A DNA stretch of 64,000 bases from Squalus acanthias (taxonomy: Eukaryota): positions 117,244,001 through 117,308,000 of the forward strand of contig CM059432.1 in assembly GCA_030390025.1 (NCBI GenBank), written 5' to 3'. The position numbers and the translations under genes are program-made. The notes beneath the pieces were generated by a model that did no database searches, was not told where the DNA came from, and saw only the letters and a list, made by a program, of their open reading frames with translations. This document shows positions 50,742-62,774 of this stretch, piece after piece. The first letter of the stretch is position 1. Each line of letters starts with the position of its first letter.

Positions 50742-51707
50742 TCATGATGCGACAAACACCTCGCTAAGGCCATCCCCACACCTCCACTACTTGCCTTCAA
50801 ACAGCCACCTAACCTCAGAAGTACCATCGTTCGCAGCAAATTACCCAGCTTTCAGGATAACAGCGACCACGACACCACACAACCCTGCCACGGCAAACTC
50901 TTGCAAGACATGCCAGATCATCAACACAGATACCATCATCACACGTGAGGACACTACCCACCAGGTACATGGTACATACTCATGTGACTCGGCCAACGTT
51001 GTCTACCTCATACGTTGCAGGAAAGAATGCACCGCGGCATGGTACATCGGCGAGACCATGCAGACACTGAGACAACGTATGAACGAGCACCACGCAACAA
51101 TCGCCAGGCAGGATTGTTACCTCCCAGTCGGGGAACACTTCAGCAGTCAAGGACATTCAGCCTCGGATCTGCGGGTAAGCGTTCTCCAAGGCGGCCTTAG
51201 GAAAACACGACAACGCAAAATCATCGAGCAGAAACTGATAGCCAAGTTCCGCACTCATGAAGACGGTCTCAACCGAGATCTTGGGTTTATGTCACGATAC
51301 ATGACGTGATCCGGACTCGAGTCGTCGTTGGCTTGTTCACAGATGTGATTCCCAGTAAAAAAGTAAAAATTTTAAAGTTAATCGTTTTACATACAGACGG
51401 CAGCTTTTGACACGTTAGACCCCATGCGACTCCACCTCATTGTCTCAGTTGTATCTTGCTATGTCTTTGATGTGGTACCTTCCTGGCTGACCTGATTAAC
51501 TTTATCACACCTCGGCAGATAAACAGTCAGGATGATTGAATTTAGTTGTCTGCAATTGTAAGTTACACATGCATTGTTCTCTATCTATATATGCTTTGAC
51601 GATTCTGTATCTCCTCACTTCACCCGACGACGGAGTTGTAACTCCGAAAGCTTGTGATTTAAAATAAAACTGTTGGACTATAACCTGGTGTTGTGCGACC
51701 TCTCAAT
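50742..51707 (+). mobile_element. Penelope-like element (family 1), 5'-truncated, GIY-YIG plus pLTR
   Basis: ORF 50791-51309 has GIY-YIG motifs; 14-bp TSD TTTATAAATAGAGG (50728-41, 51708-21). Confidence 0.9.
51620..51657 (+). ncRNA. Hammerhead motif variant (core U>C change, alternative helix II)
   Basis: TCAC-CCGACGA-C-GGAGT(tgta)ACTCC-GAAA-GC-TT-GTGA. Confidence 0.6.
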
Positions 51708-51725
51708 TTTATAAATAGAGGCATA

Positions 51726-52399
51726 GGGCTGGATTTTCAATGACCTGTGGAGTCGGGTTTGGAGGCATGTGGGGGGTTAAAGTTGCGGGGTCGGGTGTCC
51801 CGACCCCATCCCAACTCCATCCCGCCTCCATGCAATTTTGACAAAATCGGTCGTGGAGTTCCCAACTCCAAGAGGCGGGAGAGGCCATTAAAGCCCTTAA
51901 CAAGCCCTAAATTGGCTCTGTAATGCCATTTTGAAATGTTTTAGCTAGTTTAACCCTTTTCTGATGTGAAGTACGCCTGATGTGAAACACTCCAGTGAAA
52001 CCTGGCGGGAGCACAAGTGGATAGCTGACTATCAGCTGCAGGTCCACTATTACAACGGAGATGTGATGAAGGTAGTAGTAGTATTGTGTGTGAAAGTGGT
52101 CTCTCTCTCTCTCTCTCTCATTCATATTCTTTCATATATTTTGCATCCAGGTCCACTGACAGCAAAAGCCAGGCAGTCTCTGAGACCAGTCTGACAGTCT
52201 CTGACCTACAATGATGACATCATCAGAGGTGACTTTCAGACTGAAACCACTAATTGGTTCATGGGTTCCCACATGCTGGAACTCAATTACCCAATTAAGT
52301 GAAAATTGCATCATTCATCCACATTAATCTGGAGTCGGGGGGGAAACACGAAATGTGGCTAACACGACCCCAACCCAACCCCAAGACAAAATCCAGCCC
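51726..52399. mobile_element. Harbinger MITE (674 bp)
   Basis: Perfect 12-bp TIRs GGGCTGGATTTT/AAAATCCAGCCC; ATA TSD. Confidence 0.88.
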
Positions 52400-54308
52400 A
52401 TAGAGTACAAACACCAGGAAGTTATGCTAATCCTATATAAAACATTAGTTTGGCCCCATCTGGAGTATTGTGTCCAATCTGAGCACCACATTTCAGGAAG
52501 GACATGAAGCCTTTGGAGAGGGTATAGAAGAGATTGACTAGAATGGTTCCAGGGTTGATTAAAGTTACGTGGATAGACTGGAGAAGCTGGGGTTGTTCTC
52601 CTTAGATCAGAGAAGGCTAAGAGGAGATTTGATAGAGGTATTTAAAATCATGAAGGGTTTAGATAGGGTAAATAAAGAGAAACTGTTTGCAATGGCTGAA
52701 GGGTCAATAACGAGAGGGCACAGATTTAAGGTGATTGGCAAAAGAACCAAAGGCGACATGAGGAAAAACTTTTTTACGTAGCGAGTGGTTAGGATTTGGA
52801 ATGCCCTGCCTGATAGGGTGGTGGAGGCAGATTCAATCATGGTTTTCAAAAGGGAATTGGATAAATACTTGAAGGAGAAAAAAATTGTAGGGATATGGGG
52901 AAAGAGTGGGGGAGAGGGACTAACAGGATTGCACTTTGAAAGAGCCGACGCAAACTCGATGGGCCAAATGGCCTCCTTCTGTGCTGTACCATTCTATGAT
53001 CCATGATTAATGTGGGCATTGCATCACCCACTCCCTGACTAATTTTTGACTTACTTGACGAATGATTAGTTAATGTGTTGTCTGTACAGTTTTAAAAAAT
53101 GTATAAATTGTATTAACTTCAAAATGAAATAAATCGCAGGTTTCTGCTTGTCTGTATCAGCTAGGATTTAAACAATATCATGTGGAAGGAAGGCTGTGTC
53201 TCCTGCACTGAGATCACTTGCCAAACAACCTTCCAGAAGCAGGAAGATTTACTTTGTGCTGCTATCAGTATGTCCATCTGTGTTTCCATGAACACGAACA
53301 GGCCAACTCAATAACCTAAAAACACATCTGATTAGATTTTACAGAACTTAATTCAAAATGTTCTCTGATCGGAGGCTGGAATCCATTATTTTTATAATCA
53401 GGCAATTGAATTCGCTCTGAAATGGCAGTAATGAAATTGCTATAAGATTCTGCATCAATCGTAATTGATAGGAAGACTAGTTTTCAATAAATATTTCCAC
53501 GGTAAGAAAGCTAATATTGGGTCACAGGACTACTTCCATGACCAGCTTTAAAGATATATTACATTTGGGTCTGGATCAGACTTAAAAATTAAAATATTCC
53601 TGGGGACATGTCCTCAGACACCTCTCGAAAATAATCCTTGTAGTTTCCGCGATTGCATACCCCTTCAGATATCTCACCACTGCTAGCTGGTTGCAGTTAA
53701 CGTTAAATGACATAGCCATCAATTGGTTAAATAGCCGAATCAAATTTTTTTTCCTATTGTTTCATTTTCCTCCTCTTCCCCTAGACATTCCCCAGGACAC
53801 AGAATAAGTCACATTTTGTCTTTATGACATAGCTTCCAGGGTTATACCACGTGTTTTGGGGATTGCAATTTGGATCCTGCTGCTTGTCTGAAAATGGCAG
53901 AGTTTTATATGGCGTTTTTTTTTAGCTGTTCCCAGTCGCAGTGCTCTAAATTCCACGCAAGTGCGGCAGGGCAGGGTTTTCTCCCGCTGCTTTCCCAGCC
54001 CGGTAACCTCACCCCAGATCTTGGGAATGGGGGTCATATTAATATTCAGGGTGGGCTGCCCACGGCTGCAGAGGCTCAGCAAACGCTTGCGGAACCACGG
54101 TTGCTGGCGTCAACGCGCTGCTCCGAAACAGGGAGCTGGGGCACTGATACGGCTCAAGACAAGGTACCAGAAAATGTGAAAGCCTCTCATCAAGAGGAAA
54201 GGGCATTTCAGAAATGGCACTCAATCCTTCTGGACTCCACTAGGAATAAGTGGAATAATGGACCCATCTAGTGATAATGGTGTTGTCAATAATAATAAAA
54301 AATGGTTT

Positions 54309-55606
54309 CTAACCCTAAGCACTAGCCCCAGCCCTAACACCTATGACTAACCCTAATCCGAACACTAACCTTTAGCCCGAACCCTAAAACTAATTATTAA
54401 CCCTAACCTTGTCACTAACCCTAACCACTAACCCTAACTTGAACAACTAACCCTAGCCATTAATCCAAACCTAACCACTAATTCTACTCTTAACACTAAC
54501 AAGTAAGAAATATAGAATATAGAAAAATAGGAGCAGGAGTAGGCCATTCAGCCCTTCGAGCCTGCTCCGCTATTCAGTATGATCATGGCTGATCCTCTAT
54601 CTCAATACCATATTCCCGCTCTCTCCCTATACCCCTTGATACCTTTTGTGTCTAGAAATCTATCTATCTCCTTCTTAAATATATTCAGTGACTTGGCCTC
54701 CACAGCCTTCTGTGGTAGAGGATTCCAAAGGTTCACCACCCTCTGAGTGAAGAAATTTCTCCTCATCTCAGTCCTAAATGTCCTACCCCGTATCCTGAGA
54801 CTGTGACCCCTCGTTCTAGACCCCCCAGCCAGGGGAAACAGCCTCCCTGCATTCAGTCTGTCTAGCCCTGTCAGAATTTTATACGTTTCAATGAGATCCC
54901 CTCTCATTCTTCTAAACTCTAGTGAATACAGGCCTAGTCGACCCAATCTCTCCTCATACGACAGTCCTGCCATCCCAGGAATCAGTCTGGTGAACCTTCG
55001 CTGCACTCCTTCTATGGCAAGTATATCCTTTCTTAGGTAAGGAGACCAAAACTGCACACAGTACTCCAGGTGTGGTCTCACCAAAGGCCCTGTATAACTG
55101 TAGTAAGACATCCTTGCTCCTGTATTCAAATCCTCTTGCAATGAAGGCCAACATACCATTTGCCTTCCTAACTGCTTGCTGCACCTGCATGTTTGCTTTC
55201 AGTGACTATTGTACAAGGACACCCAGGCCCCTTTGGACATCAACATTTCCCAATCTATCACCATTTAAATAATACTCTGCCTTTCAGTTTTTCCTACCGA
55301 AGTGGATAACTTCACATTTATCCACGTTATACTACATCTGCCATGTATTTGCCCACTCACTCAACTTGTCTAAATTGCCTTGAAGCCTCTTTGCATCCTT
55401 CTCACAACTCAGAATCCCACCTAGTTTCATGTCGTCAGCAAACTTGGAAATATTACATTTGGTTCCTTCATCCAAATCATTGATATATATTGTGAATAAC
55501 TGGGGCCCAAGCACTGATCCCTGTGATACCCCACTAGTAACCCTAACCACTAATCTTAATTATTAACCCTAACTACTAACCCTTAATCCTAACCACTAAC
55601 CCTAAA
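54309..55606. repeat. Degenerate telomere-like (CCCTAA/CACTAA)n tract split by a CR1 fragment
   Basis: Hexamer arrays at 54309-54500 and ~55538-55606. Confidence 0.8.
54505..55540 (-). mobile_element. CR1 3' fragment
   Basis: GVSQGSVLGP, KFADD, LEYCVQFWSP, LGLYSLEFRRMRGDL; nearly identical to 55885-56870. Confidence 0.93.
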
Positions 55607-55884
55607 GCGTGCGGTGTCAATAGTGTAATGCACGACCGACTGCGGTGTCAGTAGTCAGCGTGACGCTGTCGATGATGCAGGTTGACTGTGTTGTTAATAA
55701 TCGCTCCGTAAAAAACAATACCATGCACGCTGAACACTGTCAAGCAAATACTACAAAGGCTACAGTAACTGCAGCATCTCAATGGTTCTGTTCCTATCAC
55801 CATACCACTGGAAGGTTTCTTTAGCATTGTAACACTGCCAAACGCCACAGAGACCAGAGTATTTAGAAAGTTACATAAAGTATA

Positions 55885-58800
55885 TAGAAACATAGAACAT
55901 AGAAAAATAGGAGCAGGAGTAGGCCATTCGGCCCTTTGAGCCTGCTCCGCCATTCAATACCATATTCCTGCTCTCTCCCCATACCCCTTGACGCCTTTTG
56001 TGTCTAGAAATCTATCTATCTCCTTCTTAAATATATTCAGTGACTTGGCCTCCACAGCCTTCTTTGGTAGAGAATTCCACAGATTCACCACCCTCTGAGT
56101 GAAGAAATTTCGCCTCATCTCAGTCCTAAATGACTGTGACCCCTCGTTCTAGAGCCCCCAGCCAGGGGAAACATCCTCCCTGCATTCAGTCTGTCTAGAC
56201 CTGTCAGAATTTTATACGTTTCAATGAGATCTCCTCTCATTCTTCTAAACTCTAGTGAATACAAGCCTAGTCAACCCAATCTCTCCTCATATGACAGTCC
56301 TGCCATCCCAGGAATCAATCTGGTGAAGCTTTGCTGCACTCCCTCTATGGCAAGTATATCCTTTCTTCGGTAAGGAGAACAAAACTGCACACAGTACTCC
56401 AGGTGTGCTCTCACCAAGGCCCTGTATAACTGTAGTAAGTCATCCTTGCCCCTGTACTCAAATCCTCTTGCATTGAAGGCCAACATACCATTTGCCTTCC
56501 TAACTGCTTGCTGCACCTGCATGTTTGCTTTCAGTGACTAGTGTACAAGGACACCCAGGTCCCTTTGTACATCAACATTTCCCAATCTATCACCATTTAA
56601 ATAATACTCTGCCTTTCTGTTTTTCCTACTGAAGTAGATAATTTCACATTTATCCACGTTATACTGCATCTGCCATGTATTTGCCCACTCACTCAACTTG
56701 TCTAAATTGCCTTGAAGCCGATTTGAATCCTCCTCATAACTCACAGTCTGACCTAGTTTTGTGTCGTCAGCAAACTTGGAAATATTACATTTGGTTCCCT
56801 CATCCAAATCATTGATATATATTGTTAATAGCTGGGGCCCAAGCACTGATCTCTGCGGTACCCTACTAGTCACGGCCTGCCACCCTGAAAAAGACCCATT
56901 TATTCCTACTCTCTGTTTCCTGTCTGTTAAACAATTTTCAATCCATGCCAGTATATTACCCCCTATCCCATGTGCTTTAATTTTGCACACTAACCTCTTA
57001 TGTGGGACTTTATCAAAGGCCTTCTGAAAATCCAAATACACCGCATCCACTGGTTCTCCCTTATCTATTCTACCAGTTACATCCTCAAAAAACTCCAGTA
57101 GGTTTGTCAAACATGATTTTCCTTTCATAAATCCATGTTGACTTTGTCTAAACCCGTTGATATTTTCTAAGTGTCCTGTTATCACATCCTTTATAATAGA
57201 TTCTAGCATTTTCCCTACTACTGATGTTAGGTTAACTGGTCTGTAGTTCCCGGTTTTCTCTCTCCCTCCTTTTTTAAATAATGGGGTTACATTTGCCACC
57301 CTCCAATCTGAGGAACTGTTCCATAATCTATAGAATTTTGGAAGCTGACAACCAATGCATCCACTGTTTCCATGGCTACCTCTTTTAGTACTCTGGGATG
57401 CAGATTATCAGGCCCTGGGGATTTATCGGCTTTCAGTCCTATTAATTTCTCCAGCACTATTTTTTTACGAAAACTAATTTCTTTAATTCCTCCTTCTCAC
57501 TAGACCCTTGGTTCTCTAGCATTTCTGGGAAGTTATTTGTGTCCTCTTCCGTGAAGACAGAACCAAAGTATTTGTTTAATTGCCAAGCCATTTCTTTGTT
57601 CCCCATTATAAATTCTCCTGTTTCTGACTGTAAGGGACCTACATTTGTCTTCACTAATCTTTTATTTTTTACATACTTGTAGAAGCTTTTACAGTCTGTT
57701 TTTATGTCCTTTGCAAGTTTACTCTCATACTCTATGTTTCCCCTCTTAATCAATCTCTTGGTCCTTTTTTGCTGAACTCTAAACTGCTCCCAATCCTCAG
57801 GCTTGCTACTTTTTCTGGCAACTTTATATGACTCCTCTTTGCATCTAATACTTTCCTTAATTTCTTTTGTTAGCCATGGTTGGGCCACTTTTCCTTTTGT
57901 GTTTTTGTGCCAGAAAGGAATGTATAACTGTTGCAATTCATGCATTTGTTCCTTAAATGTTAGCCATTGCCTATCCACCGTCATGCCTTTTAATGAAGCT
58001 CCCCAATCTATCATAGCCAACTCCCTCCTCATACCTTTGTAGTTTCCTTTGTTTAGATTTAGGACCCTAGTTTTGGATTGGACTACTTCATTTTCCATCT
58101 TAATGAAGAATTCTATCATGTTATGGTCACTTTTCCCTAAAGTACCCCGCACAACAAGATTATTAATTAACCCCTTCTCATTGCACAATACCCAATCTAG
58201 GATAGCCTGTTCCCGAGTTGGCTCCTCAATGTACTGGTCTAAAAAACCATCTCATACACACTCCAGGAATTCATCCTCCACAGTATTGTTGCTAATTTGG
58301 TTTTGCCAGTCAATATGTAGATTAAAGTCACCCATGATTACTGTAGTACCCTTTTACATGCATCTCTAATTTCCTGTTTGATGCTGTCCCCTACATTACC
58401 ACTACTGTTTGGAGGCCTGTAGACAACTTCCACCAATGTTTTCTGCCCCTTGGTGCTTCTTAGCTCCACCCAGACTGATTCTACATCTTGATTTTCTGGG
58501 CCAATATCCTTTTTCACTATTGCTCTGATTTCATCCTTTACTAACAACACCACCCCACCTCCTTTTCCTTTTTGCATGTCCTTCCTAAATATCAAATATC
58601 CTTGGATATTCAGCTCCCAGCCTTGGTCACCTGCAGCCATGTCTCCATAATCGCAATTATATCGTATCCGTTTTCATCTATTTGCGCTGTTAATTCGTCT
58701 ACCTTATTACGAATGCTTCGTGCATTCAGATACAGTGCCTTTAGATTTGTCTTTTTAACATTTTTGGACATCTTAACTTTTTTTTGTACTATGGCCTTAT

Positions 58801-59435
58801 TTGTCTTACCATCTTTTCTTACACGGACCCTATTTGTTAGTGCACTCTTTTGTTTGTATGCTCTGTCACTTCCTGACACAATCTGGTTATCCTTACCCTA
58901 ATCACTTTCCTGCACTGCTTCCTTGTCTTTTCTTTTTAGCATTCTAGATTTCTCTCCACCAGGACCCTCCCCCTTATTTAGTTTAAAGCCCCATCTACCT
59001 CCCTAGTTATTCGATTTGCTAGAACTCTGGTCCCAGCATGGTTCAGGTGTAGTCCGTCCCAACAGAACAGCTCTCTCTTTCCCCAGTACTGGTACCAGTG
59101 CCCCACGAATTGAAACCCACTTCTCCTACACCAATCTTTGAGCCATGCATTCATCTCCCGGATCCTATTGACCCTTTGCCAATTTGCTCGTGGCTCTGGT
59201 AATAATCCAGAGATTATGACCTTTGTGGTTCTGCTTTTTAATTTAGTCCCTAGCTGCTCAAACTGTCTCAGCAGAACCTCTTTCTTAGTCCTACCTATGT
59301 CATTGGTACCTGCATGGACCACGACAACTGGATCTTCCCCCTCCCACTCCAAGTTCTTCTCTAGCCTGGAGGAGATGTCCTTTAACCTGGCACCAGGTAG
59401 GCAACATAGTCTTCAGGACTCACGCTCCTGGCTGC
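55885..59435 (-). mobile_element. Near full-length CR1 LINE (ORF1 esterase + ORF2 APE/RT), decayed
   Basis: ORF1 VVVHAGTNDIG...DGLHLN (SGNH-like) at 58978-59352; ORF2 YLNARSIRNK, ETWL, SDHNMI, NYRPV, KFADDTK. Confidence 0.95.
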
Positions 59436-59989
59436 ATGTTGGCTAAATGTTACCTGTTGAGAAGCAGAGTTGATGAGGAGTCCGAAGTTGCACAGCAGGA
59501 GCTGGAACAGGGATAAGAAGCAGAAAGCATTCGAATAGAGTTCAGAGACCAGTCGGCCAGCGAGCCAGTTAACACCACAGCAGCAACCAGCGAGCAGCAG
59601 AATGGGTGCCAGGATCACAAATTCTTGTACAAGAACACAACATGTCCTTATTAACCAAGGGGCTTGCTACGTTGTGAAGCTCCTTTCTCAGCCGTAGCCT
59701 TGATCCATGATCGGAGATCACTGGAAAATCATCAGAAATGTGTGAATGATGTGGCTCGGGCATGCTGACCTCTGCACCTGATTCTCTGCTCCACACACCC
59801 GTCGAGTGCGACTCCATGTTGGGAGCCTTGCCACATGAAAGGCTCCTTTATATCCCAAATCTATTGACCTTACTTGTGCTCTTCCACAGTCCCCAATTCT
59901 GCTCCTGCAAGAGTAGAGGTAGATTGGGAGCAGCAGCAAAGTGGGAGCTATGAGAATACAATTGATATGGACAGCAAGCTCTTGAGTTA

Positions 59990-60197
59990 ATGCTGGAAAT
60001 AAGCAGCAGGTCAGGCAGAACCTGTGGAGAGAGAAACAGAATTAGCATTTCAAGTCGATAACCTTTCGTCAGAACTGGTCACCAACCTGAAACGTTGACT
60101 CTGTCTCTCTCTCCACAGATGCTGCCTGACCTGCTGGGTGTTTCCAGCATTTTCTCTTTTTAGTTCAGATTTCCAGCATCCGCAGTATTTTGCTTTT
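59990..60197. mobile_element. Palindromic Penelope family 2 terminal-repeat pair
   Basis: 59990-60077 is inverted relative to 60078-60197; degenerate hammerhead at 60040-60076 (-). Confidence 0.7.
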
Positions 60198-60727
60198 ACC
60201 TGAGTTAATCTGCTTGTTTTATGCTTTTTTTTCTCCTGCTCCCTCCACACTGCTGTGGTTCTGATGTCAAATTCAACATTTCAGGAGTTAGCTTGTTATT
60301 CTGTGAAAAACAAAACCTGTGATCTTTGCTAACTTCCATTTATGGTGAATACAGCACATACATTCGCTGCTTTTAGATCTTCACTAATGCTTGGATGATA
60401 CTTCATTAAGCTCATTAATGTATGGAATAAAATATTTGCTTTTCACTTTGCCTTTACAGCTGTGGAATGCGGGGCAATTTCCTCGTTAACGACATCAACA
60501 AGTTCTTATCAAGCAAATAATCAACTTTTTTAAGTTAACTCTTTGCTAACACTCCTTAATCCATTTTTGGATAGATAGAAATCAGAGAGCAGCAGTAAAC
60601 ATAGACAAATATTGATCCAATATAAGAATGAGAACAATAAATAGCAAAACGTGAAATTATGCAAGTATACCTCTCTAACTATACGTCTCTATACATCGAC
60701 TATAACTATACATCTCTAACATTTTCC

Positions 60728-60764
60728 AGTTCTGACGAAGGGTCCTTGACCTGAAACGTTAACT
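60728..60764 (+). ncRNA. Minimal hammerhead ribozyme motif in a Penelope family 2 repeat (60722-60862)
   Basis: AGTT-CTGACGA-A-GGGTC(ctt)GACCT-GAAA-CG-TT-AACT; palindromic AACGTT. Confidence 0.78.
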
Positions 60765-61278
60765 CTGTTTCTCTCTCCACAGATGCTGCCTGACCCGCTG
60801 AGTATTTCCAGCATTTTCTGTTGTTGTTTCTGATTTCCAGCATCCGCAGTATTTTGCTTTTGTATACAAGTAATTGGTAGTCTAGTGGGTTAATGTGTTT
60901 GTTTCCATGGTGATATAGGCGGTGGGGGAAGGGCTATCCATCTGAAGTGTTTGTATATTTAACACATTCATCCATTTCAGTTGCAATCTTAACCATCTAG
61001 TTGTTGAGAGCACTCCATGCTCACTATCAATTTATAAGTCACCAAAGACTCCAATTCAACTCAAATCAGTTTACATTCATCTGCAGTCTAAGATTTTAGG
61101 ATTTTAATGTAGGTATAGTGGCCAAAATGGATGGAAAATCCTGTGGGGTCAATGGATCTCCACACCTGAATTCCTGATAGGTACTCCTGGCCGGGAAAGC
61201 TTTGCACCTGTGCCACAAATTTGTCATAATTATGGTATCGCCACGTCAGCAACAAGGAACTAGATGTTGTGGCATCGC

Positions 61279-62063
61279 TCTTCTTCTACTTTCATATGGT
61301 AGTAGCAAAGCAAATCAAATGTCAATATCTAAGTCTGATATCCAGGCCAAAGCTTCCGGTGTAACAGCGTGGATATCTTGTAGGCTGCCTGCAAATTTCC
61401 TCTGAGGGTAGTGCTCAATGATGTGCTCCAGGGTCTGATTAGGAGCTCCACAGTCGCATGATGGGGATGCTTTAATCTTCCATCTATGGAGAAGGTGGCA
61501 GCATCTACCATGGCCGGTTCTGAGGTGATTGATGGTTGTCCACTGTTTGCGAGGAAGGTTTGATCCTTCAGGTTGTAGTGTAGGGTCCTCTATAAGGAAC
61601 CCATTCCGTATGTCACAGTTCTTCCAAGCATTTCGCCATCGCTCATCAAGGCTGAGGGGAGATCGCTGAAGGGCTTCAGCGACAGTCCAAAATGGCCTTC
61701 TAGATTTGATGGTAGGTTGTTCAATTTGGGCTGGATCGACATGTCTTTGCTGGCGTAGTGGTTGTATTCTCTGGAGACTGCATAGACGGCAGCGTAGGTG
61801 TGGTGCGATGTTTGCAAGCACGGGCAGCCAAGATGTTGGTGTCGATAAAAGCCTACCGGTGATAATTCTCATCATAGAATTCAGCTGGACATCAATGGAT
61901 TTGACATGTGGACTTGATAGCCATGCCGGAGAGCAGTACTCCGCTGTAGAATACACCAGGGCGAGTGCTGCCATACGGAGGGTTTGAGCATCTGCTCCCC
62001 ATGTGGAGCCGGCGACTTTCTGGATCAAGTTGACCCTACTTTTTAGTTTCTTCCCAAGGTTCT
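61279..62063 (-). mobile_element. Vingi/Ingi-like LINE 3' fragment
   Basis: GSTWGADAQTLR..ALALVYSTAEYCSPAW, LRTGHGR, CDCG..QTLEHI zinc-finger remnant; short UTR ending GAAGAAGA. Confidence 0.7.
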
Positions 62064-62477
62064 GGAGATGGGGATTTGTTTTCATTAGAGCAAAGGAGGT
62101 TGAGGGGTGATTTGATAGAGGCGTACAAGATTATGATGGGTTTGGATAGGCTAGACGGGGAAAGGCTGTTCTCACTAGTTGATGGTACAAGGACTAGGGG
62201 ACACAGATTTAAGGTTTTGGGCAAGAGATACAGGGGGGATGTGAGGAAATACTTTTTACGCAGTGAGTGGTGAGGACCTGGAACTTGCTGCCGACGGAAG
62301 TGGTGGAAGCGGAGACACTCAATGTTTTCAAGGGGAGACTGGATAGGCACTTGAGGGAAATAATATTGCAGGACTACGGGGATAGAGGGGGGGGGGGGAA
62401 ATGGGACTGACTGGATTGCTCTACAGAGAGCCGGCATGGACTCGATGGGCCGAATGGCCTCCTTTGGTGCCGTTATG
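62064..62477 (+). mobile_element. CR1 3' fragment
   Basis: FSLEQRRLRGDL; nearly identical to 25760-26160. Confidence 0.9.
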
Positions 62478-62733
62478 CCAGGAACATTGCCCCAAGAACA
62501 TGCCTGCAGTGCTGGAAAAAATTCAATGATTTAACCAGGTTTGTTAAGGTAAGAATACTGCTGAAATACTTTCTCATCACAGCTGCACCACTCACAGCCT
62601 CATTAATTACAACACTGACAGAACTCACAAAACTGCCCTCCCCCACTACCCTGCACTTCTGCTCATGCTCACACACTCAGCATAATTACAAATGCTGTAC
62701 TTACCCACAACTCACATCTCACACACACACATG

Positions 62734-62774
<41 letters not shown>

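Larger units (their letters stand above)
39300..53005 (+). mobile_element. Old near-full-length CR1 LINE fragmented by nested insertions
   Basis: ORF1 from ATG 39551 (C..C..C..C finger, leucine zipper, esterase-like VMVHVG). ORF2 pieces in order at 44120-44410, 46750-46985, 47216-47463, 49096-49644, 49802-50741 and 52400-52900; (ATTCTATG)-like tail near 53000. Start approximate. Confidence 0.8.

Noticed and set aside
53870..54271. 133-aa ORF
   Set aside because: TTG start, no recognisable domain, and no convincing splice context.
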